Source: Patescibacteria group bacterium (GTDB lineage: Bacteria > Patescibacteriota > Microgenomatia > Levybacterales > UBA12049). Taken from it: a stretch of DNA of 64,000 bases. The notes under the pieces were generated by a model that was not told the DNA's origin, searched no databases, and saw only the letters and a list, made by a program, of their open reading frames with translations. The position numbers and the translations under genes are program-made. Where the stretch lies: positions 82,630-146,629 of the forward strand of contig BPJB01000001.1 in NCBI GenBank assembly GCA_026004395.1, written 5' to 3'. Within the stretch, counting starts at the first letter, position 1. Every line of letters starts with the position of its first letter. Positions 57,603 to 64,000 of the stretch are shown in pieces.

Positions 57603-58529
57603 TTACTCTTTTTGTGTGAAATAATTATAAACATCTTCTGAGATACGAGCAATTAATTCTGCTGCCTGTTGAGGATCGTTAGTTTCAGTGAGCATAACAA
57701 ATATATAATCTCCTTTTTCTGTAAAAACTATTCCTGCATCATGCTTAACTTTTCCAAGTTCTCCTGTTTTATGTGCAACTCTTACTGAGGAAGGTAGATA
57801 TTTGGGGATACGATCATTAATAGTTTGTTGTAGAAGAAGATCTAACATTTCTTCTGAATATTGAGAACTTATAAGCTCTTTTTTGTAGATTTTTTCAAAG
57901 AAGCGTGCAATGTCGTTGGCTGTTGTTACTGGAGGCGAGCCTGTTTTTGATAAAGTCATACTTTCCTGTTGTAGAAATCGTTGTAAAGATGATATACCTA
58001 CTTCTTTTGTAAGAAGAAGTGCAGCATAATTATCCGATAAGGCAATCATTTTATTTAACGCATCTTCTACTGTAAGTTCAATTTTTCCTTCTGTAAGTTC
58101 TGCTTCGTCAGTGGCTATGTAAAATGCTTTATTAAGCTCGGAAACATCTCTTGCAAGAGTTTGTTCTTTTTTCAATCGTTCTTGATTTAGATAATCATAA
58201 ACAACAGCCATAGTCCAAAGTTTGTAGAGACTTGCAGTTGGATAGAGTTGGTCAGGATTTAATCTGTATGTTTCTTCTGTTCGCAGATTTTTAATAACTA
58301 GAGCATAGTTTCCCTTCGCTCCTGCGAGTTGAGTTGAAACTACTTCATCAAGCTTATTTGTAAAAAGTGAAAGAATTTTTTCTTCTGATTTGTTAACTGT
58401 CTCAATGATCGGAGAAACAATTTTGGTTTGTAGTTTTTGTTCATTAAAGGATGAGATAATAAATTCTATGCCTAAAAATAAAATAAGTAGTATTGAGGTA
58501 AAAAAGAAAATTCCCTTAATAATTTTCAT
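57603..58529 (-). CDS. class A beta-lactamase-like serine hydrolase (membrane-anchored)
   Basis: Signal anchor, then SLYK (SxxK), SDN (LSDNYAA) and KTG (HKTGELG) in the class A order and spacing. Confidence 0.7.
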   Translation of the reverse strand: MKIIKGIFFFTSILLILFLGIEFIISSFNEQKLQTKIVSPIIETVNKSEEKILSLFTNKLDEVVSTQLAGAKGNYALVIKNLRTEETYRLNPDQLYPTASLYKLWTMAVVYDYLNQERLKKEQTLARDVSELNKAFYIATDEAELTEGKIELTVEDALNKMIALSDNYAALLLTKEVGISSLQRFLQQESMTLSKTGSPPVTTANDIARFFEKIYKKELISSQYSEEMLDLLLQQTINDRIPKYLPSSVRVAHKTGELGKVKHDAGIVFTEKGDYIFVMLTETNDPQQAAELIARISEDVYNYFTQKE

Positions 58530-58824
58530 CGAATTTCTATACTACTGCGAATTTTTCTTTTCTTCAAGTAAAAAAACGATTCTCTCATGTAGGATATCAA
58601 TGTCATTTGCTAATAGAGATGTTATATTAATCGCTTAAAGATAAATTTGAAAAATTGTTACCATCTTTAATTTATCTAGTGTGTATTTTTAATCAAGAAA
58701 ATAAATTAAGTTATCATTTCTTGTTTGAGATCCGATTTAAACTGCGGCATTTTAGCTTTGTTTAGCGAACAAAGATTCACTAGAGATATTGCTAGTAAAA
58801 ACTTTAATGGATTTAAGCTGGATA

Positions 58825-59091
58825 TTAATTTGTTTTTTCCTCTCCTGTTTGTAAATGACCTTCTGTCATAGCAAGAAGTTTGCCAAGTTCAGCAACAAAC
58901 TTTTTTGCATGATTGCGGCTCATTCCAATACGTGAGACTATTCGAAATTGATTCGAACCAATTATTTTTTGTGCAACATCTAAAATCACACCATCTTCAT
59001 TTGTAGTCATAAAAATATTATCTGTATATAAAATTGGTGTTGTATCTATGTTGATAGTTAGCTCAACGCTTTTTTGTTCTTTATCATCCAT
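58825..59091 (-). CDS. small hypothetical protein (88 aa)
   Basis: Isolated ORF with coding-like composition. No motif recognised. Confidence 0.3.
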   Translation of the reverse strand: MDDKEQKSVELTINIDTTPILYTDNIFMTTNEDGVILDVAQKIIGSNQFRIVSRIGMSRNHAKKFVAELGKLLAMTEGHLQTGEEKTN

Positions 59092-59292
59092 GTTCTTTCC
59101 ACCTCCTTTTTTAAAACTTGCGTGTAACTAAATACTATACCAAAAGATTGTAATCTTTTGCTTGTCTAAAATAACCTAATTTTTAAACAGAGAATAAAAA
59201 TCGATCACAGATAACCAGATGTAATAGAAAATAATTACTTCATTTAAAATATCTGCAAAAAAATTATCGTTTTTCTCACAGACACTCTCATC

Positions 59293-59730
59293 TTAGTGAA
59301 TATCAAGAATTTGAGGATAGGTCTTAAGAACACCAAGGACGTGATTAAGGAAATTAGATCTGTTAATGCGTGTCACTTGTTCAAGATTTACCCATTGATA
59401 TTCATCATGTTCACTGCTTAAACTGACTGAGTGTTTATCATTAAGCAACTTGCAAAGATAGGCAATACGGATTACCTGATATCCTTTTGTTGAAATTTCG
59501 GAATATGCAGCAAAAGGGAAAAGAGCATTAACAGATAAACCTGTTTCCTCGTATACTTCGCGTTGAACCCCTTGATCCAAATCTTCGTTAAAATTGAGTG
59601 CACCGCCTGGTATTTCCCATATTCCCGGATGAGAGTCGTGTGATGCTCTTTTTAGAATCAGAAGATTTTTTTCTTTATCCAAAATTGCTCCATATACGCC
59701 AATCTTTATTGGAGTATTTCCGTTATGCAT
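59293..59730 (-). CDS. Nudix hydrolase
   Basis: Nudix box GGALNFNEDLDQGVQREVYEETGL (Gx5Ex7REUxEExGU). Confidence 0.85.
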   Translation of the reverse strand: MHNGNTPIKIGVYGAILDKEKNLLILKRASHDSHPGIWEIPGGALNFNEDLDQGVQREVYEETGLSVNALFPFAAYSEISTKGYQVIRIAYLCKLLNDKHSVSLSSEHDEYQWVNLEQVTRINRSNFLNHVLGVLKTYPQILDIH

Positions 59731-59827
59731 GTTGTTTATTGTATCTATATTTTTATTAAATAACCAGCAGTATTTTAAAATAAACTATTGATTTAACTTT
59801 TTTACTGATATAATGGTGAAATAATTT

Positions 59828-61012
59828 ATGAGTAAGACACTTCTGATTATTGCTGGAATTGCACTTATTAATTCTCTCGGATATGGAATTATTATTCCTA
59901 TTCTTTACTCATATTCTCTCCAGTTTGGTTTAAATGATTTCGAGAACGGAATGCTCTTTGCTATATTTTCTTTGTGTCAATTTTTAGCAACCCCATTTAT
60001 TGGAAGATTATCTGATAAATATGGTAGAAAGCCGCTTCTTCTTCTTTCACTCTCTGGAACAGCTTTATCCTTTTTCTTGGCTGCTTTTGCTCCCAATGCA
60101 CTTTTTCTCTTTATTGCTCGTGCACTGGATGGAATTACAGCAGGGAATATTCCCGTTGCCTCAGCAGTGATATCTGATACCACTAATGAAAGAGAGCGAG
60201 CAAAAGGATTTGGGATTATTGGAGCATCATTTGGTTTTGGATTTATCTTCGGACCAGCAATTGCAACGTTGACTCTCTCTTATGGTATGAATATGCCTTT
60301 TATTATAGCTGGTGTTGTTTCACTTATCACAGTTATTTTTACAGCAGTTTTTTTACCAGAGACGAATAGATATATTGGTCAGGTAGAAAAAAAACATATC
60401 TTGCAAATACTGGATATCCAAAAATTAGCAACTGCAATTAAAGATGAAAAAATAGGTATTACTCTTTTACTCTCACTTCTTTATAATATTGCATTTGGTC
60501 TTTTTATTTTTACTTTTCAACCACATGCGGTAAAGACGATGGGTCTCTCCGCAAATATAATCTCTCTTATTTATACAATTTATGGAATCGTAGGTATAGT
60601 AACACAGGTCTTGTTAGTACCACGTATCGTTAAAAACTTTGGTGAGAGAAAGTCTCTGATACTTTGTTTTGCATTAGTTACATTAGTCTTCGCAGGAATG
60701 TATAAGGTATCTGCTTTCTCTGTTTTTGTTTTTCTATCAATAGTTTTTGGATTTGCCAATGGTTTTTTCCTACCAATAATTCAAACACTTCTTTCAAAAG
60801 AAGTTGATGCAAAGTCACAAGGATCAGTTCTAGGACTTAATTCATCCTATGTTAGTCTGGGGATGATTGTAGGACCTGTATTGGGAGGTGTTATTGCAAC
60901 ACTCTCAATTCCTCTACCTTTTATTTTTGGTTCAATAATTACACTTGTCTGCTTGATCATCGCACAGACTAAATTAAAAGATCATTATCCTTCTAAAGAA
61001 CATCTCATCTAG
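59828..61012 (+). CDS. MFS transporter (drug:H+ antiporter-like)
   Basis: 12 TM helices. GRLSDKYGRKPLL MFS signature loop between TM2 and TM3. Confidence 0.8.
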   Translation: MSKTLLIIAGIALINSLGYGIIIPILYSYSLQFGLNDFENGMLFAIFSLCQFLATPFIGRLSDKYGRKPLLLLSLSGTALSFFLAAFAPNALFLFIARALDGITAGNIPVASAVISDTTNERERAKGFGIIGASFGFGFIFGPAIATLTLSYGMNMPFIIAGVVSLITVIFTAVFLPETNRYIGQVEKKHILQILDIQKLATAIKDEKIGITLLLSLLYNIAFGLFIFTFQPHAVKTMGLSANIISLIYTIYGIVGIVTQVLLVPRIVKNFGERKSLILCFALVTLVFAGMYKVSAFSVFVFLSIVFGFANGFFLPIIQTLLSKEVDAKSQGSVLGLNSSYVSLGMIVGPVLGGVIATLSIPLPFIFGSIITLVCLIIAQTKLKDHYPSKEHLI

Positions 61013-61050
61013 AGAAAATTTTTTAAAAAAAAATTAATTTTTATCTAAAA

Positions 61051-61590
61051 TTAAGGTCTTGTAGTATATGTTAGTGCTGAGTAAATTTCATCTAGAAAAT
61101 GAGATGGTTTTTTTTCAAGAATTATTGGTTTTACATACCCACTGTTGAGTGCTAGTTGAGAAAATGTGTTAAAGGAGAGTGGATAGGGTACCCATTGATT
61201 GCCTTTATCAACATTATATTCTACAAGAATTAATTTACCGTGTGGTTTGAGATAATTTCTTATTTGTACTAGGAAAGACTGTTGATCTTTTATAAAATGC
61301 AGTGAATTAGCCATTATGATGCCATCAAGCGGAGGCAGTGGAAGAGATTGTGTGAAGTCAGCAATTAAAAAATGGATACTGGAATTGGGGAATTTTTCGG
61401 CAAAGATTCGTTTTTGAATATCAATTCGTTCTCTATTAGTATCTATGGAATAAATGATTGCTTCGTCTCCTGCAAGATCTCTTAATGCAAGAGTAAAGGC
61501 TCCCTCACCAGAGCCTAAATCTGCCCATATGCCGCCACTGTCTTCTGGTATAGCCTTTGCCAAGAAACTGATATGTTCACTGTGGGTCAT
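61051..61590 (-). CDS. class I SAM-dependent methyltransferase
   Basis: ADLGSGEGAFT motif I, an acidic IDTN loop and IMANSLHF. Confidence 0.75.
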   Translation of the reverse strand: MTHSEHISFLAKAIPEDSGGIWADLGSGEGAFTLALRDLAGDEAIIYSIDTNRERIDIQKRIFAEKFPNSSIHFLIADFTQSLPLPPLDGIIMANSLHFIKDQQSFLVQIRNYLKPHGKLILVEYNVDKGNQWVPYPLSFNTFSQLALNSGYVKPIILEKKPSHFLDEIYSALTYTTRP

Positions 61591-62764
61591 AAGAATAGTT
61601 ATATAAAAAAGTAGTATTTAAATCTTGTCTTTTGGAGATAATCTTTGATTGAGAAAGTACTATCTCCTCAATTAATCTACAAAGAATATCAATTCCTTCA
61701 CCTGTTTTTGTAGATATAAAAACAGGTGAGTAAGCAGAATATTGTTGTTGTAGTTCGTGGCATTTTTCTTTTGATATAGAATCTATTTTATTGAAAATAT
61801 AGATTGTTTCTTTATGGTAAACATTTAGTTCTTTAAGAATATTTTGTACTGTTATAATTTTTCTCTTAATATCATCATCACTGCTATCTATGACATGAAG
61901 GAGGACATCTGAATGAATAGACTCCAAAAGCGTTGAGTTAAATGCATCAATAAGAGTAGTTGGTAGATTACGAATAAATCCAATTGTATCTGATACCAGA
62001 ACTTCTTTTTTGGAATAAGGAAGTTTCATCCTTCCTACACTGGCATCTAGTGTTGCGAATAAAGCATTTTCTACACGATTTTTTTTCTTTGTAAGCAAAT
62101 TGTAAAGTGACGTCTTACCAGTATTTGTATATCCAACAATTGATACAGTCTGAAGTCCCATTTTGCGTCTTCTTTCAAGTTGTCGTTTTCTGTCATGGGT
62201 GAGTTTCTTCAGTTTGTCTTGCACTTTTTTCATTTGTCCTCTCCAGTGTCTCTTCATAAGTTCTGTATTGGTTTCTCCAATTCCTCGCGTTCCTATACTT
62301 CCCCCTTGTCGGGAAAGAACATGACCCATGCCATAAATACGAGGACCCATATGACGCATCGCAGCAAGTTCTATCTGAAGACGAGATTCAGTGGTATGAG
62401 CGTGCTTGGAAAAGATTTCTAAAATCAGATCTATTCTATCCCATACCTGAATTTGAGAATTGATTTTACTTAAGTAATTTTTCATGTCGTAAATATGTCC
62501 TGGTTTGACTATGGCATTGAGGACTACGACATCTATGTGAGTATGTTTTGCGTACTGTGCAATTTCTGCAACTTTTCCTTTTCCGAGATAATGCCCTTTA
62601 TCATGTACTTCGCGACGCTGGATAACAAATTCGACAACTTTTCCGCCATAAGCATCAACTAATTCTTTTAACTCTTTTAATTCTTTAAAAGCTTCATTAT
62701 CCGAAATAGAATGCGGAATAATACTTGCAATTAAAAATTGTTCTTGTTTTTGAAGATACGTCAT
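61577..62764 (-). CDS. hflX: GTPase HflX
   Basis: HflX N-terminal domain, then a G domain (GYTNTGKTSL G1, DTIGFI G3, NKID G4). Overlaps the downstream methyltransferase by 14 nt. Confidence 0.8.
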   Translation of the reverse strand: MTYLQKQEQFLIASIIPHSISDNEAFKELKELKELVDAYGGKVVEFVIQRREVHDKGHYLGKGKVAEIAQYAKHTHIDVVVLNAIVKPGHIYDMKNYLSKINSQIQVWDRIDLILEIFSKHAHTTESRLQIELAAMRHMGPRIYGMGHVLSRQGGSIGTRGIGETNTELMKRHWRGQMKKVQDKLKKLTHDRKRQLERRRKMGLQTVSIVGYTNTGKTSLYNLLTKKKNRVENALFATLDASVGRMKLPYSKKEVLVSDTIGFIRNLPTTLIDAFNSTLLESIHSDVLLHVIDSSDDDIKRKIITVQNILKELNVYHKETIYIFNKIDSISKEKCHELQQQYSAYSPVFISTKTGEGIDILCRLIEEIVLSQSKIISKRQDLNTTFLYNYSYDPQ

Positions 62765-62772
62765 CTTCGCTA

Positions 62773-63228
62773 TTATACTTCACATGTCAAGTTTCTTGTA
62801 AAGTAATGCTTTTGTAAAAAAATACGACTAATAAAATAGATAAGAAAAACATTGATTGCATCTTTGATAATTATAGAAATGAGATTTAGTTTCATTGATT
62901 GTGTATTATCAATTGAATTGGAAAGAAATAAAAATAAGATATGCAACAGACTAATGACAATTAAAAATATAAGAACCCATCTAATAACCTCAAAAATTTT
63001 GTCCTGCTTTAACAATTTTGTGATGCTACCTGTTGCAATATTAATAGATAATATAATAATAAATAACATACTGATTAGACGTATGGTATTTGCAAGATCT
63101 TCTGAGGGGAATAAGCGATAGATATAGGTGTCCAAGAGGAATAAGAACATTTTTCCAAGAAGAGTTGATGCTCCAAGATAAATTAAGTAGTATAAAGCAG
63201 CAATTTTCCAGCTTGCTAGCTGTTTCAT
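62773..63228 (-). CDS. hypothetical small membrane protein (4 TM)
   Basis: 151-aa hydrophobic ORF immediately upstream of hflX. Confidence 0.35.
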   Translation of the reverse strand: MKQLASWKIAALYYLIYLGASTLLGKMFLFLLDTYIYRLFPSEDLANTIRLISMLFIIILSINIATGSITKLLKQDKIFEVIRWVLIFLIVISLLHILFLFLSNSIDNTQSMKLNLISIIIKDAINVFLIYFISRIFLQKHYFTRNLTCEV

Positions 63229-63354
63229 TGAGTTAACAGTATCAGTATAGGATGACTTTGTAAGAATTGCAACAGTGTATTAAATGAGGCTACATAGAAT
63301 TTTCTTATAAAAAATATTGCTATTAAAGTTTCTTTTCGTGTTTTGTAGTTTACT

Positions 63355-64000
63355 TTAGTGTTTTCTTAATACACGAAACTGATGTGTTCCCAAGTACCAT
63401 TTTTTATTGCTTGTATTTTCTTTTCTAAGATAAATGGAGTATTCTCCTTTCCACAGATCAAATGCAGGATCAAAAGTGTATCCTCTCTGTTGAAGAGATC
63501 TAACTGCATCATCGTGTATTGGTTTGTTTAGGCTATTCTCTACTTTTTCATCTTCACAATCGAAGATGAGTATGCCTTCCTCTTGTAGAAGCTTATCAAT
63601 TTGTGTAATAAATAGAGGATTGTCGTAAAGAAAAGAAGGCGGGTTGCGCAATATAATAAATTTAAAAGTATTTTTTTTAAAAGGTGGATAGAGAATATTA
63701 CCAAAAACAGCTTTTAGAGAGAAAAAGGGACCCTTATCCTTAATAAATTTTGCATAGAGTAATGGTGGTTCAAGCTCTTTTTTTAGTATAGCAACATGTT
63801 CTCTGCCATCATCCGGAAGAGCAAAATATGTTACATCTTTTCCAAAAACATGAACGGGAACTGGGTCACATCCAGGGGCTGGGTAAAGTCCTATCGATCC
63901 TTCAGGGAGATTTTTTTTTAGTTCTTGATAAAAATCAACTCTTTCTTGGAGTAGCTCATCAAATGAGATCTGCTCCGGATGAGTTTTTATTTCATGATCA
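63355..64000 (-). CDS. hypothetical protein, 5' end outside window
   Basis: The reverse frame is open from 64000 down to the stop at 63355. Reads ...LYPAPGCDPVPVHVFGKD...ILRNPPSFLYDNPLF... The internal ATG ORF in the track (63355-63651) is the C-terminal part. Confidence 0.4.
   Translation of the reverse strand, partial: DHEIKTHPEQISFDELLQERVDFYQELKKNLPEGSIGLYPAPGCDPVPVHVFGKDVTYFALPDDGREHVAILKKELEPPLLYAKFIKDKGPFFSLKAVFGNILYPPFKKNTFKFIILRNPPSFLYDNPLFITQIDKLLQEEGILIFDCEDEKVENSLNKPIHDDAVRSLQQRGYTFDPAFDLWKGEYSIYLRKENTSNKKWYLGTHQFRVLRKH

Noticed and set aside
540-64000. Search for tRNA, rRNA, CRISPR arrays, integrases, transposases and reverse transcriptase (for example diversity-generating retroelements common in Patescibacteria)
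   Set aside because: All intergenic regions longer than 60 nt were read. No cloverleaf-compatible GTTC(G/A)A T-loop context was found, and no rRNA-like stretch. No repeat-spacer arrays or recombinase/reverse-transcriptase motifs were seen in any long ORF. A tRNA scan or covariance-model run could still reveal small ncRNAs I cannot detect by eye.

Overview
This is an AT-rich, gene-dense 64 kb bacterial window. It has short intergenic gaps and many overlapping stop/start codons.

Lineage. Several features point to a small-genome lineage, most plausibly Candidate Phyla Radiation/Patescibacteria:
- A zinc-ribbon S14 (type Z) and no rpmD (L30) gene between rpsE and rplO.
- Idiosyncratic K/E-rich extensions on L3, L4, L17 and S9.
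- Abundant GT-C membrane glycosyltransferase-like proteins and PilN/PilO-like genes.
This assignment cannot be proven from the sequence alone.

Ribosomal core. Coordinates 33.3-51.3 kb carry an intact tuf-S10-spc-alpha ribosomal protein super-operon: tuf, rpsJ to rplO, secY, adk, cmk, map, infA, rpmJ, rpsM, rpsK, rpsD, rpoA, rplQ, rplM, rpsI. A standalone fusA sits at 24.4 kb.

Other recognisable housekeeping genes:
- ROK sugar kinase (5'-partial).
- ClpB that natively lacks the N-domain.
- RNase HI carrying an N-terminal zinc ribbon.
- UvrD/PcrA helicase, TIM, an LCP protein, Ddl, a FemAB-family transferase.
- HflX, a Nudix hydrolase, an MFS transporter, a polyprenyl synthase.
- Two beta-lactamase-fold serine hydrolases.

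Most interesting regions:
1. A ~11.6 kb co-directional 10-gene minus-strand cluster at 12.6-24.3 kb. It links PilN/PilO-like membrane proteins, a surface protein (fibronectin-III-like sequence, Pro/Thr-rich linker, unusual C-terminal anchor), an FAD oxidoreductase, two tandem GT-C paralogs sharing an FHPDERN motif, an SDR sugar-nucleotide epimerase, a HAD phosphatase and a YYYxG giant membrane protein. I read this as a candidate, apparently undescribed, surface-protein glycosylation/assembly system.
2. A complete two-subunit ATP-citrate lyase (AclB+AclA) with strikingly eukaryote/Chlorobium-like sequence (27.7-30.7 kb).
3. A nickel superoxide dismutase precursor with the HCDxPCGxY Ni-hook, translationally coupled to its S26-family maturation protease SodX (4.8-5.6 kb).

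Several small RNA-level structures are also reported (an upstream small ORF before a leaderless clpB; hairpins in the S10-L3 and rpoA-L17 spacers; a palindrome at the epimerase start).

No rRNA, tRNA, CRISPR array, transposase or integrase was recognised.
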